Positions 1 through 12,725 of a DNA stretch of 64,000 nt are shown one piece after another. Source of the stretch: Oikopleura dioica (Eukaryota; Animalia; Chordata). The stretch's first letter is position 1; each line of letters begins with the position of its first letter. The stretch spans positions 7,998,001 through 8,062,000 of the forward strand of contig OU015569.1 in the NCBI GenBank assembly GCA_907165135.1. Direction: 5' to 3'. The notes beneath the pieces are model-generated. The model worked only from the letters and a program-made list of their open reading frames with translations, was not told the origin of the DNA and ran no database searches. The position numbers and the translations under genes are program-made.

Positions 1-3000
1 TTCAACGACCCTGAGTGGAAGAACCAGTGGTATCTTAATGGCGAAATCTGGAAAAATCAGGCAGGGACTCTTCATCCAAATTTCTGATCTTTATTTGAAA
101 TCAATGAAGACTCCTTTCAGCGCCTTTCAATGCGCGTCTTGGACGCATGGGCAGCAGGATATACTGGCAAAAACGTGACTGTTTCGATTCTTGATGATGG
201 CGTGGAGTATACTCATCCTGATCTGAGGAAAGAGATCTCAACTACAAAACAAGAAATTATGATAATTATTTCGTTAATAACAAAGAAAACTCAATCAAAG
301 AGATAATTACAATGCCCAAGCGTCCACGGATATCAATGATAATGACAATGACCCAGTACCACGATACGATGCCAACCACGAAAATAAGCATGGAACTCGC
401 TGCGCGGGAGTTATTTCGGCCGTTGCCAACAACAAGAACTGTGTGGTGGGAGCTGCGTTCGACGCAAAAGGAAATGTTCTCGAATCAAAGAGTCTAATTA
501 ATTGGCCTCGGAGATTTTATAACAATTTGAAAGTGGCAGGAGTACGCATGCTTGATGGCGATGTGACGGACGAAGTGGAAGCTAACTCTCTCAAGTAAGA
601 ACAGTTATTTATAGCTATGACGTAAGAAACGACACGTAACCTTTCATTCTGGAGCTAAATGCCATGTTATCTCCAAAATGCGAGAATATAAACAATTCAC
701 AAGTTTGACGTACTTCAAGCGTAATATTTATTGCCGCTCTGCCAGATTATTAATACGCGTTAAAATCGCACATTTTTTACGTTTTGCAATAAACGTAATT
801 AGCGACAGATGGAAAATTAGGGTGCATTATTACGTTACTTTTGACGGCCGGCTGTCTGTGAGCGCACTCCACAGACCTTGCGACGCCCGGTTATTATCTT
901 CTGGTGTTGAAATTATTTTCTGGGCTAATTGATCGACAAAACCGACCCAGAGAAGATACTCAAGCATTGCCAATGCTGCATTGGCGATTCTTAACTAGAG
1001 TTTTTATTAAACCAAAATGAAGATTTTTTTCACACCCTTGATATGACAACATTTTCTCAAAATATTATTTGTTTTGATGGTTGCAAAACTAAATACTTTC
1101 GCGAAGAATATTGATTATCCAAATACAAATTTCTTGCTAATGAGCTGTCGAAGAGTGTGGGAAAGATTAGTGCGAAGAGTTGCACGCATAATTGTTTCGG
1201 ATGGATTCATCTTCGGCTTCCTTTTTCGGAATTCTATATTACACAAGTTTTCGTCATGCCCTTTGACTTTAGCCTGTCCGTTCTTCCCTTTCTCATGCAG
1301 CTCAAAGATTTAAAGACTCCCATTTTGTTTAAAACTTATCCCCACTAAGAGTAGCTGTCTATCATGAAACGTATCTGAATGTTTGGAAAGAGTCTGTCCT
1401 TAAATGACGCATGAAATAATATCGAACACCTGGCAAGCACTTGAAAGAACAAGAATTCTTTCAGATTAAGGAATTTTCACGGAATTGTTAGCCACTTAAT
1501 TCGCGTTGTGAAGCATTTAGCGAATACACCTGGGCTGCAAGCCGGTCGATTTGATCACAAGATTTAACCAGATCAACTCAAGTGTCGGGAATAAACACTA
1601 TCATACTGAAGGATTCGTCTCAATATCACTGAAGCGAAATTTGATAGCTGATTCTTGAGCACTATCAGTTCCCGAACACAGTAAACCAGAATATAATTGT
1701 TCCACTTCCGAGTAAAATAGCGTTCGGAAAACAAGATAGCATCATGCCGATGCAATCACCGTGTGTAGCCATCGATGAAGGAATGATTGAAATCTAGCTA
1801 GGGAAAGGATGCTTTCCGTTGTGGATTTTTACCATATCGCTTTCTCTGAGCTGTGGATAGGCGATGAAGATCTTGGCGCCCATCTTGGGCTAAGTCGGCG
1901 TTAATCCGGCTGACCGACCAGTTGTCGAATACACACAAACTAATTAGAAACGCCAAGTCGCCTCCTCAAGCCTCGATAGGTTAAACAGGCCTTATTTATT
2001 ATCCAAGATAACTAATCCGACAAATGGCCGTCGAGCCACACATCCGACTTTTATTTTTGCGCAACACCTTCTTGGTTCCTTAATTAAGCCGACGCAAAAT
2101 TTTTACTTATTGAACAAATTAAGATTCGCCCGTGGAGTAGTGGACATTTACTCGGCCTCCTGGGGTCCTGATGATGACGGCAAGAAAGTCGACGGACCAA
2201 GGCTCATGGCACAGCAAGCATTCATCGATGGAGCACGATTTGGACGCAACGGCCTTGGCGTGGGGAGCAGATCATCCTTTCTCAAGCCTACGGGTTGGCG
2301 CTTGTCCATATGCTCTAACCCGAGTACAGATCTATTTTTGTATGGGCGTCCGGCAACGGTGGTCATAACCAAGACCATTGCTCCTGCGATGGTTATACAA
2401 ATTCGATTTATACTATCAGGCACGATTTTAACTCACATATACTTTATGCAGCATATAATATGCTAAATCTGATATTCAATCATTGAAAGTGTTTCCGCTA
2501 CAACAGAACTCGGCAATCGCCCTTGGTATGCCGAATCTTGTGCTTCTACTATGACAACTACATTTTCTTCTGGTGAAGGGAACGAAGGAAGCATCTACAC
2601 CACAGATTTGAATGCGTACTGTACATCTGAGCACACGGGTACATCCGCGTCTGCACCTTTTGGAGCCGCGATAATTGCTCTCGCTCTTGAAGCTAATCCG
2701 CAATTGAATTGGCGAGATATGCAGCATCTCATTGTTCGTTCTTCATCTTCTTCTGGCTTTGTCGCTCGCCAGAAAACAACAGAGTTTGAAACCAATGGAG
2801 CTGGTTTCGCGGTCAGTCACGTCTTTGGTTTTGGCCTCTTGGATGCATATGCTCTAGTCTCAATTGCAAAAACCTGGAGAACTGTTCCGCAGCAGAGGAT
2901 TTGTTCTATTCAGTCGATTCCAATCCAAAGAACGGCCTACAATCAACCAAATAACAAGTGCAGATCAAATAACTTCCATTTCAAGTAAGATTTTCTCACT

Positions 3001-4808
3001 TTTTTGAATGTGATTTTACAAAAACATATACGTTTGTCGATGGAGACAATCTCACTCTATTGTGAAAAGAGCGCGGGATTTACTTCTGCTTAGCGGAGTC
3101 AAGCGAACAGTACTTCTTTACATGATTTTAGTAACTGCCATTCCCAATGCAACGGCGGCTGCTGTGGGCCAAAAGAAACAGACTGTGTGTACTGCAGCAA
3201 TTTTATCGAAAGCGACGGTGTTACTTGCGTGGCCCAGTGTCCTCCTGGCTACGAAGTCCTTGCAACTGCTAGAGCAGCTAAGCAATGTCAAAAGGCCGAC
3301 CGCATTATCCGGCCTCGCAAAGAAACTCGCCATTATATCAATGTCAGAAGAAACTCGTGCAAAGCGAGCGATAGCGTCCGATTTTTAGAGCACACAATTT
3401 TGGAACTAACAATTGGTATTTTAAGCATTTTGATGAAGTCCTTAATGCGGAAATTAAAGAGCATTCGCGGCGAGGAGACCTGGAAATCAAACTGCGATCG
3501 CCTAAAGGAACTCTTTCGACCTTGTTGGAAAGACGCTCATTTGACAGAAGCGCAAAGGTTTGTTTTACCTCAACTAGTATATATATTCTGATATTTCTAG
3601 GGATTTCAAAAGTGGAAATTTATGAGTGTTCATTTCTGGGGCGAAGATCCTGAAGGCATTTGGGTACTGACGATTCTCGATGTCCCAAGTCAGCGAAATC
3701 AGCAAATGTGAGTGAAATAATAAGTTGAGGTTAATAAGTCGATTTTAGAGGTTTTCTTGAAGAATTTACTCTTCATTTACATGGAACATCAACTCATCCT
3801 CAGCCAGGCTGGACAATGCCACCTCTTCTACCCAAAACGCGGCAAATTCAAGGTGTCCAGCGTGAGGACTTCCATTCGGCAATAGACTCCTCTCCACTCA
3901 ACCATAACTGCGCAAGTGTATGTTTTTGAAAATAACGCTCAATTTTTTATTGAAATTCAAGTTCCAAAATCATAACTGCCACGAGTTCTGCACAGGAGGA
4001 TGCTGTGGACCACATCCTTTGCAATGCCGATTTTGCAAACACGCGATGAGCAAAGATGGCAGGTTTCAATTGGATCTGCCTATTCAAGATGATCTAAATT
4101 AATTTTAGCACATGTTTACAACAGTGTCCGTACCGACAGTTTCTGAATTCAAAACGCCAATGCCAGGATTGTCAACACCCTTGTGATCACTGTGCGAACC
4201 AGCCGGACGTGTGTACAAGATGCGTAGCTGGGTACACTTCCGATGGCCGCGGCGGCTGTGATAAAGAGGTCCGTTTAATACACGGATTCATAAATCCAAC
4301 ATTCTTAGTGCGAGCTTGGAGAATACACGCACCCGGAAACTCACGAGTGTCGCAAGTGTCACCCTAGCTGCTCCCGATGCTCTGGACCTTACGCGAATGA
4401 GTGTCGCGCCTGCACCAGCGAGTTTACTTTTCTCGAAGCCGGTGTATGCCGCACACGCTGTCAAGATGGCTTTTACCCCGACCTATCAAGTAAACAGATT
4501 AATACAGAACTGTTCTGAAACTATATCAAATAGCACATGTCTGTAACAAATGTCATGACGACTGCAAAACATGCACTGGAGGCTCTGCAAGGGATTGTAC
4601 CTCCTGTCATTACAATAGCCTTGTTCAAAATGGGCAATGTCTGCAAACAGGTAAAACAGACAGAATGAGCGCAAGTAACTAATGCTTTCCAGAGTGCGAA
4701 GACATGATGAAAGTTAATTTATGCTACAATGTACTCGAGTTTTGCGAAGTCGCCGTAGTCGCAGATTACTGCTGTTCGACGTGCAGAACGAATAGGTGTG
4801 AACCTTAA
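1..4808 (+). CDS. PCSK5/6: Proprotein convertase PCSK5/PCSK6(PACE4)-like, 5'-truncated, multi-exon: subtilisin domain, P domain, furin-like Cys-rich repeats, C-terminal PLAC domain
   Basis: Spliced translation gives [23 protein letters not shown] (Asp), KHGTRCAG (His), [18 protein letters not shown] (oxyanion Asn), HTGTSASAP (Ser), RRGDL in the P domain, CxxC..C..C repeats, and a terminal [34 protein letters not shown]-type motif, stop at 4806-4808. No TM segment seen. Confidence 0.93.
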
Positions 4809-7769
4809 AATTAGTTTGGTTAAAATTTAACGAATTTAATTCTAGACTCGCCAACCGAAACAGAAGGGCGCTGGAAAACTCTCCATAGTGTAAAATGAAA
4901 TTGACACTGAGCATTGTGTCGTTTTGTTCTGTATAATTCTTATAATTGGCCGACTTTGTACTATCATTTATCGTTATTATTGGTGCTCGTTCGTTTTTGA
5001 CCCTTAACATTTGAAAGAAATTCAAATGGACCAAAGAGTAAATAATAAAACTTATATAAATCGAAAGTGTTTTTAGAGAAGATCTATCGATGAGGATAAA
5101 GCGCAGAAAAAGTTTAAATAATCGCATCTAACGGACATTGCTTTATCCTGGAGAGATTTCCAAGGCAGCGGAAGTGCACCGGCTCATCCATAAATCCTCA
5201 ATAATCCAAATTTTGAATGCTCCTTGCTCAGCAGGGCTTCGATTTAGCACTAAATTAACCGTATAGTCGACTGTCACAAGCGCGAAACGCATTTTGTACA
5301 GTTCAGGATTCCGTTTATCCCTTTTTGATAGAAAAATTTCAAAGAAATGGAGACCCCAATTTGTTAATTGTGTATTGTGTGTAATACTGTTTTGGCGGTA
5401 AGCGAGGAGCTTTGTTTTGATCTGCCGCAGCACAGGTGTTGCCCGTTTCGAAGAGAGAGAAAGACCTCATCCCTCTGATGCTCGAACTTGTTAAGACTGC
5501 TCTTTTGTGAATTTGGGTCACCTGTTACGCTCTTCCGCGAACAGTTTGTCAGGAGAGGGATGAGCTCTTTCAACTGAAGCCGAAACGGAAAAGGCTTACT
5601 ATTTTTAAAGTAGTTATCTTTCTTGCATCATTTGGCATTTTTCAATATTCATTTTTTGATACTGCTTCTTTTTTATTGTTATTAGTTAGCGGAAGAGCAA
5701 ATGGAAATTTTTGACAGTCGGAAGTTCCGCCAAAGACGCTCCAGAAGATGAGCGAGCAGCCACGATATGTCGACCGGGAAAAAGCGAGATGGTGGAGACG
5801 TTTATACAACGGTTCAAAGATATCTAAAACCACCATCCATAACCTTCGTCTTTATGGCTGACAATGGATGTGCTTGACACTTTTATTTTTCTAAGCACTC
5901 TTCTGATTGCTTTTTGAGAATAGAAAGCCGATAAAAATAATGATTGGAAAACTGTGTCTGAACCTGTCTAAAGTGTGCCTAGATTGATGATGGCGGCTCC
6001 GTTGCAAGTCGACAAACTTCTAAACGCGCGCTTGAAATAATCAATCTCACTTGAAACTTTTCTAACTTTTCAATAAAGTAGTCTTCTGAAGTGGCCGAGC
6101 GTTTTTGAGTGTGTGATTAATACTGCAATGCAAAAATCGTTGGAAAGCGTTGCTTTCTTGCCAGCGTCATTACAATAAGTCCCCAGTTTTACGGCTGCAC
6201 AAAATTGATAAAGAACTTGCCAATGCGAAGATCAAAAGGAAGCAAGAGCAAATAGTAGTAAACTTGAGCGCGTGCGCATTCTGCCGAGAAGTCGTCTTCT
6301 TCTAAATGCCAAGTTATAGGATGAGTATTATGTAAACTCACCCCAACCAGTGAAATTTCAAAAAAAGTAAAACTAGTTCCGCGAGCCGCAGACGACCTTT
6401 AATTTTCGCGCGTCAAAACAGGAATTAGCTCACGCGGTGATCAACTTCAAGACATTCTTTAAACTTTATTCTTCTATCAGTAACAGTCAATAGCTTATGT
6501 ATTACAGAATCTGTAAGAAGTAGGAGCCAACAAGAACAGAAACAGAGAGCGCACCAAAAGAATTTGCTTCGGAATCCCGCAACGATTGTGTAATAAATCG
6601 CTTTGTTTGTGAATTTGGTACTTTAACGCGTGTTTCAATTGCTCTCCACATTTCGATGTTAATTTGCAGCGAGAGGCAAATTTGAATGAATTGTGCAAAA
6701 TATACAAACCAGTTCCACTTTGCAAGAAGCAGTGCAGCATAAAGAGCAGTGCTGCTCACTAATGACTGTGGTATTTCCAAAATACAAAAGCTGCTCGACT
6801 GCGAAATTGGCATCGTAATTGACCATTTAGCCGCGAACTCGAGTACCGCTGAGCACGGGCAATTAATCTTCTTTTGCATTAAAGATTTCATATATTTCAC
6901 CAAAAAAGCACGGTTTTGTTGTATTCTTCTGCAAACTTATCTGAAAGCTAGAAAGGTCGATCTTGTATCTGATTGGTATCGAAAATGCAACATGTGTTTT
7001 CAAAAGTTGTATGTTTTCTTAGGGAGAACATCATTCACTTAGCATTAGTTAGGTGGAGCAACATCGATAAGTCGGCGGGAGTCTGAAGTGGTGTCCATTT
7101 CTGGCGATAGGAAAGTGGCTGTCATCGCGAAAATGACGCCGATAACGCGGCTCAGCCCTTTTGATAAATGCGCTCTTCAAATATTCGCAATCGGCTTTAT
7201 TTGCAATGAGATTTCGGAAAAATTGATTTCTTTCGGAGACCAAAGGGAACTCCAACCATAAGGTGTTGCAAAGGCTCAAGGGGCTTATCGGGTGCTTCGA
7301 AAGTGCAAAAGGCTAAAGCAGATGTACTGTTTTGCCGTACTGTTTGCCCGGCGAGCGTCAAAATCAGGCCAGATCCAACCAGATAACAACGGGGTAATTA
7401 CTTTCTTTCACACGCTCGGCTTGCCACAAGCGTTCCATTTCTACTTCTTGAATTCGCTTTTGCTAATTCCTGCTTCAGTTTTTTGAACTAATTAACTTAT
7501 TCTAAATTTATGTTTTGCGAATTAAGAAAGTTTTAAAAAATATTTTTTTTTTGATTTTTATTCACATGAGATAAGGTATGTACAAGACGAATTTGCGGAA
7601 AAGATCAAAGGTAGGGTCGTTTTTCCAGGCGTTGAATTTAGGAATGTTTTTTTTTGTGGTTCATATATGCGTGGCATCCAATCTGGCAGGAAGCGGCGGC
7701 TTCGCGTTTGATACTGGACAGCTTTTTGTACAAAATACTTATTAACAGTTTTGAGAGAAAGAGATAGTA

Positions 7770-9202
7770 TTAGAGCGCAATAGATAAGGAAAGATTGAAG
7801 TTAGCCACCGACTTGACCTTCTTGCGAGCTTCGAGGGAGCTACGTCTTGAGACCATCATCGCGAAACTTCGTCTGCGAACGCTCTTTGGGGTGGTACCGA
7901 CGCTGCTCAAGTCTTCCATTGATTCGAAGGCAGTCAAGCTAGTGGAGGATTTTCTAGAGCTGCGAAGTTTGAAGGCATTTGATCGAGAGAGGCGGCGCTT
8001 TCGAGTAGGTGTGTCTGCAACTCTGGATCCCTCGTTGATGACAGGAAGTGTCGTCTCAAGTTCAGAAGCAGCTGGGACGGAGTGTTCGTCAATGGCGTCT
8101 AATTCTCCGGCTGGCTTAGAAGAAGATCGTCTTCGCATGGATCGTCGAAGGTTCTTGGGCACCAGTTTCATCAGGTTCGAGCCCGAAGTGACCTTTGCTT
8201 GTTTGGGGTTAACGATGTTGAGGTCAGTTTCCGAATTACAACGTTTCATGCATCGCGTGACTTTCGGCGCACCTGAAAAACTAAGTGTTACAAAAATAAC
8301 AACACAGAAGGCATTATTGTTATTCAAAGGGAGAACATGCAAATTTGGGAATGGAGCGAAAGGTACTAATCCATTTGATAAGCTCAGCTGAGCTTAATTT
8401 GACTGTTGAAGAAATCGATAGCAGTCAAGAGTTTATGTTGAGCTTGCTCAATTCAAAAAATCTCAGATCGATCTCAACTCAAGAGGCTCCTTCTGTCACC
8501 ATCCAAAAACTAGCGAGCTTTGGATCGCGCAGGTTCACCGGTTGGCTGCCCATGTTCCTTAAGCCGGCGCGGTTTCAAGGCTAGTTCAGGCTCAAGCTCT
8601 AATCCCTTATCAAAACTCACGGTCATGTCAAGATCAAGATCGACCCTGTTTGGCCTAGAAAATTACATGCCAAGTTGCTCCCTGAGAATTAATTTTTCGA
8701 AACTTAAAAATTGGACTCACCAATGAAGTCGTTATTTTCGTTGAAGCGATAGAACGCAAATTTGGAGTCTGCAAAGTTGATCTTGAGTTGGCTGGCTTCT
8801 TTGGCATTTGCTGGTAGGAAGACGCGCAGGTCAAGAAATCGCTGGCACAGTCGAACGCAGTTACTGCGGCCGAAGTTCTGGTTGGGGAAGAGTTCTGGGT
8901 TCGTTCGCACATGACGCAGCAGAACATCGACGGCGTTCGCTCCTGTGAATACGGATTCTGCGGCAGTGCGCACGATGTATCGTCGTTTCATTGTAACCTT
9001 GAAGAATAAATTAGATCTGTATCAATTTCAGAAGTATTTCTTTCATAGCGCTATTTTCTGGATATTTAAATATTTTCTCTGAACTTACTTTATCCTGGAG
9101 AAGAGTGATGAGGTCGATCCAGACCTTGGTGAAGGGAAACCGCCGATTCTGGTTCATATCTTGATTTTGCTGGGCGGCGGGGAACTCTCTAGTAATAGTC
9201 AT
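7770..9202 (-). CDS. DEP-domain protein (DEPDC1/4/7-type DEP) with a basic Ser/Arg-rich tail
   Basis: Exon 9202-9089 (PFTKVWIDLITLLQDK), GT-AG intron, exon from 8997 (VTMKRRY..VFTGANAVDVLLRH..SNCVRLCQRFLDLRVF..FADSKFAFYRF) matches the DEPDC-type DEP pattern. Its phase-1 donor joins in frame to the acceptor near 8271 (GAPKVTR..), which runs to the stop at 7770. The last junction is inferred. Confidence 0.72.
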
Positions 9203-9661
9203 CTTTTTCGCTTTTTGATTTTCTGATATAGTTTTTGACTCGAAGAGGAGTGTTTAGGGACTTGTACTGTCTGCGCTCTTTTGACGTTTGAATCGAGCGC
9301 CAACGAGCGCCTTTTCGCCACCGTTTTCGAAAGATGGCGCCCTCGCGATCCCAACTCTAGCAACGCGTGCAGCCAGCGATAATCGCGTAAACGCCATCGA
9401 TTGATCTGAGCAAGAATCTGATCTAAACACGCGCTTTAGAAGGAAGTTTAGCCTTGCCACGCTCAGGAAGTGCCCCAGTCAGCACGCTTCTTATCGCTCC
9501 ACTGAAAATAATCCTTTTCAAACTTAAACTTTTAGGTATACCATCGACTTTTATAATATTATTATAAACATAATTTTTAACATAACTCATGTCAAATAAG
9601 ACTTACGCCACATAAAGGAAAAAGCAATTTCCTAAGGCAAGATCCTTACGAAAGAATTCTA

Positions 9662-9706
9662 TATTGGCCGGAAAAAATATAAATTTTCGATTTTGACGAA
9701 AATTTC
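9662..9706. repeat. Solo fragment of the MITE end also present at about 62.9-63.4 kb
   Basis: TATTGGCCGGAAAAAATATAAATTTTCG (9662-9689) is identical to 62911-62938. The following ATTTTGACGAAAATTTC matches the reverse complement of about 63334-63351. Confidence 0.75.
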
Positions 9707-11689
9707 GCCTTTGACAGAAATCATTTATAGGGTTATTTTCATTGCTTCATTCTGCAAAAGATTTTGCTAATAAATAAAATGATTATCAAACGCCAACTAA
9801 AGTTTACGAGAGAAAACGTTTAGAGTCACAGTCATGAGAGAAGAAGTAAGATGTTAAAACGTAAATATGAATTTATACACATCATTCAAAGTACATATCA
9901 TAATTTTATACGAGTGAAGAAATAAGCAGAGCAGAATACCCTTAACTTGCGTGAACTCACTATGAAGATCCTGCACTTAATTCACCTTTGAGGTTGAGGA
10001 TAAGGGCGTAAGGAGTGGTGTCTAACTGAAATGGAAATTATGGGCAGAATCCAAACGGACTCAATTTAAAGTCAAGATTAATTAAATGGCCCCCATTGAG
10101 ATGCTGGAGAAAATTGGTGGGCGAGGGCCAACTGGCGACGGTCACTTCCGCTTTTCAAAGTGTGCAACTGAAATTCAAATTCAATATTTCCAAGGTGGCC
10201 AACCCAACCCAACTCTTCTCCTAACCGACTAATTATCCTCATTCACCCGTTTACCAAAATTTAAAATCTTATTTTTTTCGTCGAGTACAATAATCTTTAT
10301 TTTGTGGATAGAGGGTGCGAATATTTCGTGGATTCTCGCGAAATTCTGTGCTAAAAGGGTGAAGTAGCTGCTAAGTGTATCTACTCAAGAACAAAATGCA
10401 CAAAAATGAAAAGCAGTTCTGATAAAAGGAATGTTCTGAAAGACTCGAAAATGTGTCAAGCGAATGCTTTGCGGAAGTTCCATTCCAGATTCCTTAAAAA
10501 GAGTTTTTCAGCTCTTGAGAAACAATTAGCATTTGCGTTCCTAGTGAATTCAGAGCAGCTTGGTTAGATTTGTCTTTAAATTTAAAGTGCTTGAAATCAG
10601 TTTCCTGGGCGCATCTGGGCTCAATTTAATCCTGTCAATGTGTGAGAGAGAGCCCATATGGCGCCTGGCGCAAGTATTTCGCCTCGAATAATCTGAGAAA
10701 AAAAACGGTAGTCTGATCCGCTCGTGATCCCATTTCTCATATCCGGTCAAGGCACGAGAATAGGATTAGACGCCATGCTTGTAACCTTGAATCAATCGAA
10801 AACTCTTGTTCCAACTGGTCTTTGGCGTCTCACCAGAATTAAATAGAAAAATTTTTTTGGCTACCGTCGGATTTGCCTAGCCTCGGACTCGCCAATATAT
10901 GACGTAAAAATTGAAAGAAATTGTTGAAGGCTATTTTCAAAGCATTGATTCTGCCGCGCTTTAAAACATTTTCATTTTAGAACATTTCAAGCGGCTGAAA
11001 AATGGAAAGGAGGATAAGAAATAGCACTCGATCTTAAACAATTTCCCGGGATCTGTTCACCGGATGAGCCTCCTCCGATGGGCTATTACTTTTACGTATT
11101 CAATTTATAATCAAGGGAAGCAACAGATAATCGAAGCGCGAGAAATTCATGTTGTCAAACTTGGTGAGGATGAAAGAGATGCCGGTCAAATAGACTTCTT
11201 TACGTGAAGAAGTAGCCACGAGTTCCAGAGGAACGTAAATTGGCGGCGACTAACAAGTACGCTGGACACCTGTACTCGGCGGCAGGTTCCAATTATCACT
11301 CGCGCCGCCGCCGTCTCCAGAGCAGAGCACTCTCCACCTGCCTTCTAGTATGCTTCAGTAATTCCCCTCAAGTCCCATCTTCTTTCTCGCTTTTCTCTTC
11401 CTTGTTCTCGATTGTCCAATTTCCTCATATTCTGAGTCACTCCGAAGAATTTTTTCTCGTCCAATTAGGCGTCAGTACTCAGCACATTTTTTTGCATTCA
11501 CATGGATCGGACAACTGGTCAACAAAAATCACAGAGAAGAGCTTTGGAATTGAATTGTTGAGTTTAATTTTTAAAATGTCATTTTCATTTCGAGCAGTCC
11601 GCATATTTTCGTTGATTGTCGGCGATTTTGTTACTCATTAGATTTTAGATTCTAAAATTTAGAACGACAGAACTCGGTTGCTAAAATCA

Positions 11690-12189
11690 ATGTCCTCCCA
11701 CAATGAAAACAACTCTGATGTGATGTCGAAGAGGAGAAAGAAATCCGCACTCACAGTTCCGCTTGTTCCTTGCGCTCTTCCAGAGTCCATGCGCCAAGTT
11801 CTCGGCGCTCGAAGAAACGAGAAGAATTATCCTCATGTTATAGCTATCTCAGATTCCGATGAAGGTGAGTTTTTCAAGAGTTGCGTTTTTATCACCTGCT
11901 TGATTTAGAAATTGAAATCATAGAAGAGAAATCCACGCGCCCGAGAAAACGATCGAGCGAGCAAATCCGTTACACAAGTGACCCTGACGACATTCCATTG
12001 CATTTGCTGATTCCAGCTCTAAACCAATGTCAAAATCGAGCAAGACGAAGTAAAACTTCAGAAGTATGTAGAGTTGACTTAACTCTCGATGATGAGGCCA
12101 GTCAGAACTCACAGAACCGTCCTCCAAGGAAGATTCTGGAAGAAATAACCGCACGTCAGCAAACCCGAACAACCACTTTCTCGCACTAA
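11690..12189 (+). CDS. Small two-exon uncharacterised, probably nuclear protein with SIM-like motifs
   Basis: ATG 11690; a 44-nt GT-AG intron (11865-11908) joins the two ORFs in frame. Contains KRRKK and RPRKR basic patches plus VIAISDSDEE, IEIIEE and VDLTLDDE. Confidence 0.7.
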
Positions 12190-12659
12190 TATCGAATAGC
12201 GATTCCTGTCACTTTTTTTAAACATATAAAGAATAAATACAATATGAAAAAAGCTTTTCGTTCTTTTCTCGAAGATTGCCTCTTCCCAAAGAAAGAGAAA
12301 AAATGCGGAGGAATCAACGAGGACTCACTCCTGCTCATAAACGCACTTTTTGGCTATTCTATGAAATTGTTAAGTAAGATAGTTTTACACGTTTAAATAA
12401 GCGAAATGGAAAGCTGACTCTAAAATAGAGGTGCTGGCGACAAATTACAAATTTGTCGATTCCACGGCAGGTTCCTCGAAAGATCTTTGATGGGGGAATG
12501 ATAAGAGTGATGGGCGTGAGCTGCGGGAGTGAGTAGAGTCGGCGGAGAGAGCTTCTCCTTGCTGCAGTTAGTTCGGTCCTCTTTGCCTTTTTCTGATACA
12601 CGGTTTCGGCCCTTTCTTAAAGAGTGGTTCGGTCCGTATTTCTATTTGTCCTGAGCTGG

Positions 12660-12725
12660 GGCTGGCCAATGAGGAAGGCCAATTGGCGAATAGAGCGCCT
12701 GGATTGGCTTCCCTGGCCATTGCTC
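12660..12725. promoter_or_regulatory. Cluster of CCAAT boxes in a GC-richer island (putative NF-Y promoter)
   Basis: GGCCAATGAG, GGCCAATTGGC and GGATTGGC occur within about 60 bp. Confidence 0.3.

Noticed and set aside
595-2123. 1.5-kb convertase intron as host of a nested gene or TE
   Set aside because: Minus-strand frames I translated (about 1440-1950) are short and stop-ridden with no recognisable motif or TIR; more likely regulatory intron sequence.
4714-7500. ORFs 4714-5127, 6502-6903, 7049-7279 and others
   Set aside because: No family motifs and no consistent splice chain; composition fits UTR or intergenic DNA.
7795-8391. 198-aa plus-strand ORF
   Set aside because: Antisense shadow of the Ser/Arg-rich exon on the minus strand.
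11150-11641. ORF 11240-11641 (+) and a basic minus-strand frame
   Set aside because: Neither frame gives a coherent protein; the minus frame stops early.
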